DNA of 63,451 nt, filler included, from Pelomyxa schiedti (Eukaryota; Protista; Evosea): NCBI GenBank assembly GCA_020536535.1. It is 12 parts of 12 records of this genome, joined end to end, with 100 filler letters (N's around TTAATTAATTAA, not from the genome) between each part and the next. Parts side by side here need not be neighbours in the genome. Positions count along the whole stretch, not along the records: positions 20,916 to 35,148 come from JAHLWZ010001173.1; positions 35,249 to 37,113 come from JAHLWZ010002231.1; 10 more parts are not named here. One strand, written 5' to 3'. This document shows, one piece after another, positions 24,378-36,489 of the stretch. A model generated the notes under the pieces. The model saw only the letters and a list, made by a program, of their open reading frames with translations. It did not search any database and was not told the DNA's origin. The position numbers and the translations under genes are program-made. The number at the start of each line of letters is the position of its first letter. Positions within the stretch are counted from its first letter, which is position 1.

Positions 24378-27300
24378 CTACCAAGCTAGTATTACACACA
24401 AAGAAGCAGCCAATACCACACTGAGCAACTGAGCACTTGCCTGCACACTCCTGCTTATGCTTATGCTGTCCTCACTGTCACTGCCTCTGCCCTTGTTCTC
24501 CCTCTGAGCCAGTGATGGCAGGAACATAATGGCTGAGGTGCCAATCATGTAGCTCCCATAGTTGTCCCCCCAGAACTGTGTCACTGAGGGGTCCTTGGGG
24601 CTCACTTGGCTGGCAAATCCCCAGCAGGCCATGCAGCCCCCAATGTCACTGGGGTCACTGGTCAGTTCATAGAGGGAAACAATGTCACTGGGAGTGAGGG
24701 CTCTGTCATACACAGCCACGTTGTCCAGTGTCCCATTCATATCTGGGAAGAGTTAATAATAATAAAGGGAAAAACGGGAAGGAGAAGATAAATAAAAAGC
24801 ACACATGTCCAGTGAGTGGAGCCTATCCAGAAGAAAACAATAGGCACCCATTGGGGAATAAATGTTCCAGAGTTGGTGCCGGTAGCAGAAACAACAGTTC
24901 CATCGACGTAGATAAGAACCTGTGTTTGCCGGAAATGGTTAAATAAGAATTAGGAAAGTGATGGGTACCTGTGAAGTGTTGGAAGTGATGGCAATGTGGT
25001 GCCACTCCCCGGCCAAGAGAGAACTAGTTGATACAGAGCAAGTATAAACAACCGTGGTATCGTTCTTTTCTACTAGTACACATAACTGAAAGGATGTTTG
25101 GATAAAAGTTGGAAGAGCGGAAACTCCAACCTGTCCAGATGGATTCTTCCTAAGAAGCACAAAGTCAGTATAGCCATTTCCTTGCCATAGCTTAATTCCC
25201 GTCAGTTAACGGGTTAGAATTAGCATAAGGCCTTACAGTAAGTAAATCCACAGTGAGCGGATCACCATTATCCAGCTTTACCCACAGTGATACAGAGGCT
25301 CCTGACTCCCCGAACAATGGAAGGGAAAATGATAGCTTCTCTGTATTTTCAACATGGATTCCTCCACCAGAGATACCAGAACCCACCCAAGTGGTTCCGG
25401 CAGAGAGTGTCATTTTGGTGCCTTTGCCAGTGTCATCGTAGACAAATGGCACGGTCAAAGCCTTCCAAAGTGACTGCAACACCATACTTGTATCTTGATT
25501 GTACTTGGACCATAGTCCATACCCGCCGGTTGGATAGCTTCCACTTAATTCCCAAGGTGAATATCCAAAATGCGGTCTCCCAGAATAATCAACTCTGTAC
25601 CTGAAGGAAATGAGAATAGTGGCCATCGTAATCTACATGGTACCATCCATTTGTGCCATCCATGAAGTTCGTGAATAGTGGGTAAGTCCAATTGCGGTTG
25701 AACACACGGTAAATAACCTGTGTACACATAAGCATCCTCTTTTGCATGAAAATCCTCACCTCATTTGTCAGGCCGATATAAATATTATCAGGAAATGTTG
25801 ATGTGAGATAGGCTCTGCATTCATCAAATGTATAGAAAACGTGACAGAAGCGTCTAGCGTGACTGATATCCCATCCCACATTTTTTCCAGGTTTTATTGG
25901 GATCCCAAGGTCGGCCGGGTTATAACCTGTTTGACGGAAGTAAAACTTAAAAGTACTTCGCTGTTACGAAATTTGTTGGTTTACCTTCGGTAACATCTTC
26001 AGTGTAATTTGAATAACGGTAGTCAAAGTAGTCATCCCACACCCCTAGATCAAAGTTGATAGCCTAGAGCAGATGAACATCGTATTGCGTAAATATTTCT
26101 TAGTACCTCAACCGCATTTCCTTGAAGTCGGTCAAAAGAGAGGAGGTAAACCTACCCTCAATAAAAATTCTTCCCATCTCAATGAAGTCACTGAAGACCT
26201 GGTGAGGAAGATATCAGTATTTACTTGAGTTCCGGGTGAACTCACCTGGGCAATAGATTCATTGATGTTGATTACATCTGGAGCTATGCGGTATGTTGAA
26301 AGTGTATAAATTGCTCCAGAAATGACCCACATATCAGTATCGGAAACGGGGGAGGTATGAGATGCTGAAACCTGCAACTCGAACCTTCAACTGTGTAACT
26401 CAGTGCTAAACTGTATTTTACTACTTACCCAGAGTAACCACTTTGCCACCCTTTGCATATTATACTTCCTACAGTCGTCCAAACAGGCTTCACCCAAGCT
26501 TCCAGTGTAAACCCTGCCCAACCTTCCATGTTGAGAGTGACAGAGTTGGGAATAACAATATGGCTATCAATTCCATTGAAACCAAGGCATTTTCCAGCCC
26601 AGCACATATTGGAAGGTAAATAAACAGTGTTGTGCGGAGTACCTAGGACTTGGTGTGACGAAAGTCCATGAAGGTCAAAAATGAACCAGTGTTATTGTTT
26701 CCAGAAGAATCTAATATAGCACCAGAGGATTCATCATCCTCAAATTTCCAGCTCCCAGCCAGTCCTGCATCGATTTCTTCACCGGAATATCGGGAATCCA
26801 CCTCTTCTTGTGACAAGACCCTATTGTAGATATATACTTCATCAATAGAGCCTAACATTGGGAATGGGAAAAGGATACAATAGTAGAGTCGAATACCATT
26901 AAAATATGCCCAACTACCGGAGATATATCGCCCAATGTACAACGAGCCGGAATCTGGAACTATAATCCCTGGGATGTGTAGACGTGTATGACTGGTCCCA
27001 TTCACATAGAAATTCACGTTTGAACCATCATAGGATACAACAACGTGGTGCCAATTTCCCAATGTGAGCTCCGAGGTTCCACCTCGCAGGTATGTGTAAC
27101 TGCTAGGGCCAGTGTTTATGCGGGAAACAGGTTGAGCCCCAACCCCAAGCCTGCTGAGAATCGAGGAAGAATATGTAGTCCCAGTTCCGTGCCTGAAGGA
27201 GGTGAACCAGATTTCTGAACAGGGAATGCAAACGTTGTTCCGAGGTGTATCCACTTGTACAGTTCATCAAACCATACAACCGTGGCATACTTAGATACGA

Positions 27301-28144
27301 AAGTCGAAAAAGGTTCTTGGTTTTGAAGGCCCATAGATGCTATTCCATATAAAACTTCAGCTAGTATGTATACAAATTGGCTTGATACAAGGAGAACTTC
27401 TTGATCTGCTGAAGCCGGCCAATTAAGGCAGTTTGGAGTCTCACACAACCACTCCTATATTTGTATTACTAAACGGTATGATTCCAACCGAAAGAGAAAC
27501 CCAACGACCTTGTAACCATATGTAGTATTCAGGTATGGTTCCGCTGAAAGAAGAACCTCTGCCAAATCACCTAGAAGTGTATCGTTCTCCACCATTCGAA
27601 TGTACTTGCTAGTATGACAGTCGATTATACTTTTTACACAAGAGAACACCACACCAAAAATTATTCAGCATCAATTCAGCGTCATACAGAGAGTATGGGT
27701 TCCCCTTCTGAAAAAAAAATCAAAGGTTGGTTTAACAAATTCAACATTTTGAGTAACATTCATATATACGTGCATGTGTGTCTATTTATACGACCAACTA
27801 AAACTAAGCACGGCAGCCAACAACGGACCAACCTCCAGTTGTCCCACAATTAAGTCGACGTAGTACTGCTTTGAGGTTTTCCAGGCGTCCAACAGTGCGG
27901 CCTCGGCGTCGCGGGACAGAGCCCCCTCGGCACCGCGGGCCTGGTCCTCGTCGTCAGGCCGGCAGTCCCTGGGGCAGTTGACGCGGTTCTCGACCCCGTC
28001 GCACCACCCGTCCTCGACGCAGTAGTACCCCGGCGACGTCGTGACACCCCCACCCACGCATACTGCATTGAGATGCACCAAAAGAAGAGCAACGAGTAGT
28101 AGAACCCCGGTCGTTGTCGTCGCGGCAACACCGACGCCCTTCAT
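24378..28144 (-). CDS. Large secreted, probably GPI-anchored protein with multiple LamG/concanavalin-A-like domains
   Basis: Signal peptide (MKGVG...LLVALLLVHLNA), CxxDGWCDGVENRVNCPRDC, WHHVVVSYDG, FNGxIDEVYIYNRVLS, FTLEAWVKP, GTLDNVAVYDRAL, and a hydrophobic C-terminus. Confidence 0.8.
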
Positions 28145-28442
28145 GAACCGAACCGATGCTGTTCGTATCTGCGTGTCCTTTTTGGTTTTTGTTGTTGTTG
28201 GTTTTTTTGTTCCAAAAAGGAAAAGAAAAATGACAGTGATCTTGGAAGATTGATGATTATGGTCAATCAGATGCAAGCATGGGGTTTGTGGTGAAGAATT
28301 GTCACAATGAGGTTATTGTTGTACAGTGGCAGATTAAGTTCTGGCAACTTCATCTTTGGTTTGAAGTGGAGGTGTGAAATTCCAAAGGATATTGGTTAAA
28401 GTGTGAATGGTGAATTTTACATGTGTTCAGTAGCATTTTTCT

Positions 28443-29332
28443 TCATGATGTACTATAAGGTTTGGGTAAGTGGGATGGTATTTTTAGTGTGACTGTACCT
28501 CGAGTTGATGGACAGTGGATCAAATGCCTTACTTGTATTGGTAGCAACGTGGCGTGCTATTGAGGTATTCATTACTGCTGTAGGTTTGGTGGAATGAGGT
28601 GGAGGATCGCCACTTTGTGTATGGGGCTGTGTCTTTGGCGTTGGTTGGTTGGGCTGTGGCTGCTGGGTACCATGCTGCTCAAGGCTTGGTTTGGTGATTG
28701 GTATTACAAGAAGCTTCTTTGAAAATATATCGTTGTCACACCACAGCTTATTCATTTTTTTCAACACGGCTACCTGTGATGTAAAATTAAGAAAATGGTG
28801 CTGCTGCGCCACACAACAACAATAAGAAGAAAAAGAAGTCCGTTGATTATAATTTGTATTGTATATCTTACAATAAACTCCTATGAGAAATAAAGTAACT
28901 GAGGGAGGATAGATAGCATACAGATACACCGTATCTGAGGGATATTCCCTGCAGTGTGTCAGTTTTCTCAACGCAGTGGTAATGTTGGTACAATCCCGAC
29001 TGTGTCTCGACCATGGCTAGGCTGGCCCCCGTGTGGTGGTGACCGTGATTATGGGACGCCGATCCGCCCACGGCGTCGTCGTTGTCGTTCCCATAATTGT
29101 CATCCGAGTGCGCGTAGCCGGTCAGGCCCAGGCCCGGGCCGGCCCCGACAACCGCAGTGGCCGCCGTAACAGCCCGTACATCTTCGGCTACTTGGAAGTG
29201 AGGCGCGTGGTGATTATGGGATGCGGTGGTTGGCGATGATGACGACGAGGACGAGGACGAGAACCGGTGGAATGTGTCGTAGTCGTTGTCTTCCTTGTCG
29301 AGGTCGTATCGCACGAATGGGTTGCCACTCAT
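28443..29332 (-). CDS. LysM domain protein (LysMD-like)
   Basis: HCVEKTDTLQGISLRYGVS|VAVLKKMNKL..DIFSKKLLVIP across one intron. The exact 3' end is uncertain. Confidence 0.85.
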
Positions 29333-29383
29333 GGTGTAGTTGGTCTGTGTAGATGCCGGGGACGTTCGTATCGTTCCGATTAC

Positions 29384-29527
29384 GCAAGCGAACAATGATC
29401 GATCCCCAGATCTGAGTTCCCGGTGAGGGCTGTATCCTCAGACCGGATTCCCCCTGCGGATCTAGTGGAGATGGAGAACTCAGAGCATGTCTTTCGCTGC
29501 TGGGTTGAGGACTTGCAAACTTTTTTT
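29384..29527 (+). ncRNA. Candidate structured RNA (nested stems, three-way junction, T-run)
   Basis: GCAAG/CTTGC, CCCAG/CTGGG, perfect TCTGAGTTC/GAACTCAGA and CCGG-TGAGGG/TCCTCA-CCGG stems, followed by T8. Confidence 0.35.
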
Positions 29528-29660
29528 GGAAGCGAAAGCACTAGAAGGGAAATTTGAATTAAACTTTTCTTTTCGTTTTCACGTTTTAAACAAAACAGCA
29601 AGCAACAGAACGCCGAGAGCGACACCGGAAGATCCCAAGATCCAATACACGCTTCAATAA

Positions 29661-31199
29661 ATGGAGAAGTTACACGCACTTGTTGCACAACTGCAGGCTG
29701 TGATGGCCAACCGAGACGTCGCTCTTTACAACCACGATTTCTTGCGCACATGGGATAAGACCCCCAACGAAATTTCTGCTGTAATGTTGGTCAACATGGT
29801 ACGTTGGGGGTTCATGAACCTTTCTTTTTTTTAACAAAAATATTTATTTATACAGTAACGTGATTTTCTCTTTTTTTATTGTTTGAAATGAGCACGGTCT
29901 TTTGCAGAATAAACCCACTTAATGTAGATTCTCCAAGAGATGTACAAGCTTAACATCTCCGCTAAAGTGTTCAACGGTGGTCTTGCTGTTTCCAACTTCA
30001 GGGATAAGAGCACCCGCACCCGGTTCTCTTTCGCTTTTGCCTGTGATATGCTGGGTCTTTCAGTAGCGGATATGGACGAGACCAAGTCCCAGATTTCTCA
30101 CGGAGAGACCGTGCGCGAGACTGCCGCCATGATTTCTTTCCTGACCCAGGCAATCGGCATTAGGGACGATATTTTCCTTGGCGAGGGTACTTTGTTCTCC
30201 CCAAATTTTCCACACCATTTTCTAACAGTCCCGTCATAGGACATAGGTATCAGAAGGAGGTTTCCGACACCGTAGCCCAGGCTTTCCATGAGGGTGTTCT
30301 TCCTCAAATCCCCGCTGTCGTAAATCTTCAATGCGACGAGGACCATCCCACCCAAGCAATGGCTGATATGTCTCACCTTATTGAGCACTTTGGTGGTGTT
30401 GAAAACCTTCGCGGAAAGAAGTTGGTCATGAGCTGGGCATACAGCCCATCGTACGGCAAGCCACTGTCCGTGCCACAAGGCGTCATTGGTATCATACCCT
30501 GCAACGCCATTACCACTAACTAAATTCAACAGGACTTATGAGCCGATTCGGCATGAACATCGTCTTAGCCCATCCCGAGGGATACGATCTCCTCCCTGAG
30601 ATTGTTGACATTGCTCGCAAGAACTCCGTTGCCAGTGGTGGTTCGTTCGCGATTTCCAACAACATGAGTGAGGCATTCGTTGGTGCTGATGTTGTTTACC
30701 CCAAGAGCTGGGCTCCAATCCCTATTATGCAGGAGCGCTGCAGGCTCCTTCATGCCGGAAAGGGCAGTGGCCCAGAAATGGCTGCTCTTGAAAAGAGAGG
30801 TTTCCTTCCCCTTACAACGAAATCCGTTCTTACACCCCAAAAAGGTTTGGAAGAGAGTGCTCGCTTCGTTGACTGGCAGTGCACAGCCGAGAAGATGGCA
30901 GTAACCAAGGCAGGATCCGCTCTGTACATGCACTGCCTCCCAGCCGATATCACCGGCGTCAATTGCCGCACTGGTGAGGTTTCTCAGGACGTCTTTGAGA
31001 GGTACCGCATCCAAACCTACAAGGAGGCCGGACACAAGCCCTACGTCATTGCCGCCATGATTCTCCTGTCAAGGTACAAACAACAAACAGTCACAAACAC
31101 CTACTACTCTCAACTCTAACTGTAACGCACAGGTTCCCCGATGCCGCCGGTACCCTCCGCAAGGCCATCGAACGCAACACACCCCGCATGCTCCTCTAA
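29661..31199 (+). CDS. ygeW: YgeW-family (knotted) carbamoyltransferase, intron-containing
   Basis: DFLRTWDKT, FRDKSTRTRFSF, SQISHGETVRETAAMISF, GIRDDIFLG, VNLQCDEDHPTQAMAD, WAYSPSYGKPLSVPQG, YPKSW, LYMHCLPADI, YKEAGHKPYVIAAMIL: all closely match bacterial YgeW. Five GT-AG introns. Confidence 0.93.
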
Positions 31200-31423
31200 G
31201 CCCCGAAAACACCAAAAAAACAAGTGATTTCCTTTTCCTCCAATCGACTCACTTCTCGTAACTTGCATTTTTCGTTTTACGGTTTTACAAAACAAACACA
31301 GGTTTTCCCGCTATTTTAACACACCACCAAAGAGCAACCCACACCGATTCGTTGGGTAAATAGACAATAATAACAGGGGGGTGGGGTGGTGTATTATTTT
31401 CTCGACAGTAATAACAACAGCAG

Positions 31424-32934
31424 ATGAACACGAGCAGCAGTAGTGCTAGTAGTAGTTCGACGAGTTTGAGCGGGGGGCCATTGGCGTCGTTGCACAAGGC
31501 GTGCCGCACTGGCGACGTGGCCGCCGTGAAGAAAATACTCGCCGCGAATGGCGCCGACAAGCTCGACGTGAACGGCCGCGACTCGGACGGGTGTGTAGCC
31601 CCGGAACCATTGTGGGATGTGTGTGAATTGTGAATTGTGGTTTGCGGTTTTTTCCTTGTTTTTGTATTGGCAGATACATAAGCACACAGTGTCAATATGT
31701 TGTTTGCTTTTGGTTTTTTTGTGCTTCCGACAATGTGGGGAAGTTCTTAACTTCTTTTATAAAACCTGTGACTCTAATATTTTCTTCATTGAGTGAAAGA
31801 ACTAAAAGATATTTCATAGGTATACCCCTCTGTGTGTGGCTTCAAGGTTTGGATATGTGGAGGTGGTGAAGGCACTATTGAATGCCCCTCCCCACGTTCC
31901 AGATATAAATGTGACCATATTTACTTGCTATTCCTATACTAAGAGATATTATAATTTTAGGCCCAGACCACAAGAGGGTGGACATCGTTATCGCTGGCCA
32001 TTTGCAGCCACCAGGACCACGTTGCTGAACTGCTCCTTAAAACTGCTGGTGTTGATGTTAATGCCTCCAAGCCACTATGGTGTGCTTGCATGGAAGGAAG
32101 GACCCACGTCGTAAAGATTTTACTAGCATGCCCCGCAATTGATGTGAACCAAGCCTCAACCGGTGATGAAGAAACACCTCTCACTGTTGCCTGTGAATGG
32201 GGGCATAAGGAGATAGTCCGGTTACTGCTGGAAGCACCCTCTATTGACACAAACAAAGCCCGGAAGCGTGATGGAGCAACTCCGCTGGTTGCTGCAATAC
32301 TAAAGGATCACCTTGACATCGCCAAACTTGTTTCCGACCATGGGAGTACAGTCCCGCCGGAATGGGAGCAACGAGTTGAATACAAGCTCGGAAAGGAGAA
32401 GTATGCTAAACTATGTAAAACCCACGCCAAAGCAAGTATGAGTCCTGTGTAATAATTGTTCACTCACCTTACTTTGACTCAGGCAAGTCCGGTTCCGCAT
32501 CGACTACAACTTCCACAACGACTTCTTCAACAACCACAACAACCTCAACAACCTCAACTACTGTGACCGAGCCGGAACCTGAAAAGAAACCGTCCAAGGA
32601 AGAGGCTCCCCACAGCACTGGAAAAGCTGAGCCGGAATCAGACCCAAAAGCCGAGAAAGCTGAACACAAGCACCATAAGGAACATTCCACTGAACCCCAT
32701 CATTCCGGAACTCAGGAATCTTCCACAGGTGATGAATCACCTGCACCAGTTGCAGCCACAATGACCGCAACAACAACAACCACAACCACTGAGGGTGATC
32801 ATGGTGATGCTAGCAAGGGAACTCCCCCTAGTACTACAACTTCAAGTAATACCTCAGTCAAGGCAGGAGTATCGCCATTCCTATCAAACTGTCTGCCTAT
32901 TTGCCACTGTGACATTTGCCCATTCAAGTTCTAA
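31424..32934 (+). CDS. Ankyrin-repeat protein with Thr/Ser-rich tail
   Basis: LHKACRTGDV, TPLCVASRFG, PLWCACMEG, TPLTVACEWG, TPLVAA. The 3' end is approximate. Confidence 0.85.
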
Positions 32935-33268
32935 ACAAGAAAAAACAAGGTGTTTGTATTGGGTCAGAGAATTTTTCTCCAATTTTCAGTGCCGGTAATG
33001 TTACTCTTCAGGTTGAGGGGTAACGCTGGCAACAGCCCTTGGCAACAAACAACACCAAGTGAGACCTTAGGGGAAAACCAATCATTGATGAAATTCGGCG
33101 AAAAAAGAGAAAAACGCTACTTGTAACACCGCCTTGTCGCAACTTGGAAAAAAAATGGCCTAAGCGGCTTTGGTAAAGACCGGAGCAATTATTTAATTCA
33201 GCGTTGTAATAACCTGCACAACAAACAAAAAAACCCAAAACCACAAAACAACAACAAACAAAGAAACG

Positions 33269-34576
33269 ATGTCAGACGAACCAGCACCACCCACGAACAA
33301 AAAACCAAGGTTCAACAACACCTCCACATCCACATTCAAGCCAGCAGTAACTACCACAACCCCAACCACTTCGACTCCCAAACCAACGTGGCTTGGTGCC
33401 CTCGGCCTCCAGACTGGCCAGTGGGCATGCGACCAATTTGGTGCTCTCTTGATTGGAACCCACTCGGCGAGGTGCGGGAGATATTCACAGTTGGCGAGGG
33501 TGTTTGGGGGAACCGACGCGGTGAGGCACTTGTGGGACTGGATGTTGGAATCCAAGAGGGTGTTTGTCGTGGATGCACTTGTGGGTTCTGGGAATGACAG
33601 GAATGGTCGTCGTGGAGTGCTGCGCACTGTCAGGATTGAGCTGCTGCCGCTGTTGTTGGGAGTCACCAGCCTGTGTGTGGTGAGGGAGGCCCAGAGGGGC
33701 ATATGGCTTGTAAGAAAGCAATTCGGCTGTGAGCCGGAAATGGGGTGGGCACTGAACGACGCCACGTTCCTGAATCGAGATCATGGCGAATGTTTTGGAG
33801 TCTCCTCTGGTGTGAACAGGCAGTGGTCGGTGAGGTGGAACGCACTTGCATTATTTGTGACAAACTTGGCAGAGAAGGGGACCAGGCCTGCTGCAATTCC
33901 TCTTCCTCGCTGTTACCGCAGCATCCAATCCATTAACCCGAGCAAAGTAATCCCATCACAGGCAGTGATGCTAACGAGCTGTCAACAACAAACAGACCTG
34001 GTCGTCATTGATATCGCCAAAACCTGGGAAACAAAAACACTGCAGGTGGTGAGCACAACGCGCTGCAAATTTCCACCTGTCTGTGATCCCCAGAATGAGG
34101 AGGATGATGATGAGCCAGTGTCTGTCATTGTGATGGAGAACAAGCGTGGGCAAAACGTGTTCATTGTTGAGATTTTCCATGCTGGCTCTGGCAGATTTGT
34201 TTTTTATGTGCAGTCTGATGGCACTGCTGAGATTCTTTATCATGTGCCGAACTGGTACAAGCGCCCACTTGTGTCACAGTTGAGCAAGTCACTGTTCTCA
34301 GTCTATTATCCATCTCGTGCACAACCGTCGGATGACTGGGGGAGTGTACTTAACATCCTGGACTGCAATGACATCTCCGCGGTGGGAGTGAGAGGGATAA
34401 AGCGTGTGAAGAGGTACCTTGCAGGTGGTGGACTTGTTTTTACAGTGGATGAATCAGACAGGAAGAGCCTGACAGTGATTGAAGCTTCGTCAGGTGTTGC
34501 CTTTGCCTCTGTCAGCTTCCTTGCTCCTGGCAACAACCTTGTGGATCTCGATAGAACCACCTCTTTTTTTTCTTGA
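33269..34576 (+). CDS. Intronless member of the 'QFxA..RCG' family
   Basis: 435-aa ORF; ACDQFGALLIGTHSARCGRYS, RHLWDWM, LLLGV, NRQW, IDIAKTWETKTLQV. Confidence 0.8.
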   Translation: MSDEPAPPTNKKPRFNNTSTSTFKPAVTTTTPTTSTPKPTWLGALGLQTGQWACDQFGALLIGTHSARCGRYSQLARVFGGTDAVRHLWDWMLESKRVFVVDALVGSGNDRNGRRGVLRTVRIELLPLLLGVTSLCVVREAQRGIWLVRKQFGCEPEMGWALNDATFLNRDHGECFGVSSGVNRQWSVRWNALALFVTNLAEKGTRPAAIPLPRCYRSIQSINPSKVIPSQAVMLTSCQQQTDLVVIDIAKTWETKTLQVVSTTRCKFPPVCDPQNEEDDDEPVSVIVMENKRGQNVFIVEIFHAGSGRFVFYVQSDGTAEILYHVPNWYKRPLVSQLSKSLFSVYYPSRAQPSDDWGSVLNILDCNDISAVGVRGIKRVKRYLAGGGLVFTVDESDRKSLTVIEASSGVAFASVSFLAPGNNLVDLDRTTSFFS

Positions 34577-34780
34577 AACAACACACACCTGGCACTCCCT
34601 TCGACCAAGACCACTGTAAGACAAACCCCTCTTGATGTCTAAAGTCGGTAAAGAGGAAAAGGATCGTTCTCTTATTTTCTGCTAATATGTGTGGTGATGT
34701 GACGGTGCTGATAGCACAAACGGTAGAAGGGAGCAGCATTGCTGGCCATCCTAAGAAAAAAAAGCTGGTGTGTGCCCACA

Positions 34781-35148
34781 TTAGGGGAAAGCCAATCATT
34801 GATGTGATTCGGCGAAGCGCGGAAAACTAGCTAGTTGTAACACGGCTTTGTTACAACTTACAACTTGAAAAAAAAAATGGCCCAAGCGACTTTGCTAAAG
34901 ACTGGAGCAATTATTTAATAAAGGTTGTAGCATTAACCACAAGAAAGAAACAACAAACAAAGAAACGATGTCAGACGAACCAGCACCACCCACGAACAAA
35001 AAGCCAAGGTTCAACAACGCCACAACGTCCACATCCACATTCAAGCCAGCAGTAACTACCACAACCCCAACCACTTCGACTCCCAAACCAACGTGGCTTG
35101 GTGCCCTCGGCCTCCAGACTGGCCAGTGGGCATGCGACCAATTTGGTG
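34781..35148 (+). repeat. Tandem duplicate of 33067-33443: upstream region plus 5' CDS (ATG 34968) of the family gene, cut by contig end
   Basis: Near-identical coding start with a 6-nt insertion and a silent change; the upstream region is more diverged. Confidence 0.9.
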
Positions 35149-35348
35149 NNNNNNNNNNNNNNNNNNNNNNNNNNNNNNNNNNNNNNNNNNNNTTAATTAA
35201 TTAANNNNNNNNNNNNNNNNNNNNNNNNNNNNNNNNNNNNNNNNNNNNGAGGACAGCTCATAGCAAGTTCCAAAAAAAATTCCCAGGAGGGAACAATACG
35301 TTAGGTGTATTTGGAATAAGCTTGCCAATGGTCACTCCTGTTCCTGAG

Positions 35349-36305
35349 TCATTCACAGTGTACTTGTTGGCACTCACCAGTGTTAGTGTTGTGAGAAAAG
35401 TACTTCTTTTCAAACATTACATCATGTATAGTAAGCTGAGGATCTGGTTTCCTTGAGAATCCTTGCACCACAATTGCCTCTGGTGTAACCCTCAAAATGT
35501 CAGCATGAATACAGTTCAAACGCAGCTTCCTTGAAATCACCAAAGTGCTACTTGAGTAGCTTTTTTCCAAATCAACACCAATAATGCACTGTGCTGGATG
35601 CTCAGTGGTAACAAAAATTTCGTCACCAGCATATGGAAACTCTAGGACTTGGGGTTTGAAAACCCCAGCAAGGGAACAACACCCTTCTGAATAACACATG
35701 GCAATGAATTGCTTGTGCAGGGAAATAGCAGGCAACCTTGGCACCCCATTAGGCATTACTTTCCATACCATGAGAATGAATTTGTCTCTTCTGGAGCCAG
35801 CCCAATGAAACAAAACCAGCCACTTCCCATTGTATTGAAATGATTTAAATGTGACCAAACGAGGAACTTCACACAGGAATCTCCTTACAAAGCCATTGCC
35901 CCTCATGTTGTAGATCTCCAAATAATTGCCACTAAGAGCCAAAAGGTTCCCGTCCCGCAGGTGGCACACAAATTGGGTGCAGTTGCTTTCGCCATCTTCC
36001 CACGCGATCTGGTGCCAAACGACTCCGAGGGTCGGGGACAGGCCCAAAACCAGCCGGGCTTGGTTTGGCTCGGTTAAACCGTCGACCCTTGTGCACCTCA
36101 CGACCCACAGCACGCCGATGCGCCTGAGGATCCAAGTTGGCGACGCCCTGAGCAGGCTGACGGGGCTGGATCTGCCGCACCTGTCAACATTGGCCCCGCA
36201 GGCAAATGCAATGAACTGCGACCGGGCGTCTATGTCGACAGTAAAAGTACTTGCATTAGAAATATCCAAGCCCGAATCGCAGTCGGTGTCACCAAACGTG
36301 TCCAT
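35349..36305 (-). CDS. Intronless member of the 'QFxA..RCG' family
   Basis: ARSQFIAFACGANVDRCGRSSP, LSPTLGVV, NGKW, VDLEKSYSSSTLVI. Confidence 0.75.
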   Translation of the reverse strand: MDTFGDTDCDSGLDISNASTFTVDIDARSQFIAFACGANVDRCGRSSPVSLLRASPTWILRRIGVLWVVRCTRVDGLTEPNQARLVLGLSPTLGVVWHQIAWEDGESNCTQFVCHLRDGNLLALSGNYLEIYNMRGNGFVRRFLCEVPRLVTFKSFQYNGKWLVLFHWAGSRRDKFILMVWKVMPNGVPRLPAISLHKQFIAMCYSEGCCSLAGVFKPQVLEFPYAGDEIFVTTEHPAQCIIGVDLEKSYSSSTLVISRKLRLNCIHADILRVTPEAIVVQGFSRKPDPQLTIHDVMFEKKYFSHNTNTGECQQVHCE

Positions 36306-36489
36306 CCTTCTTTCTTTTCGATCACTACCGGCTTACGCGAAGATGCAGATTCAACGAAATATTATTTATTAATAAAACACACCAAGCAAGCCACGTCGTG
36401 GACGAAAGGGAGCACTACCAAAACCAACACCGTAGATTGGTGGCGCGGCGTAATTGTGGGAAGGCGAGAACGGACGGACCAGTACTACA

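Noticed and set aside
29661-31199. ygeW as bacterial or endosymbiont contamination
   Set aside because: It contains spliceosomal introns and is contiguous with eukaryotic genes.
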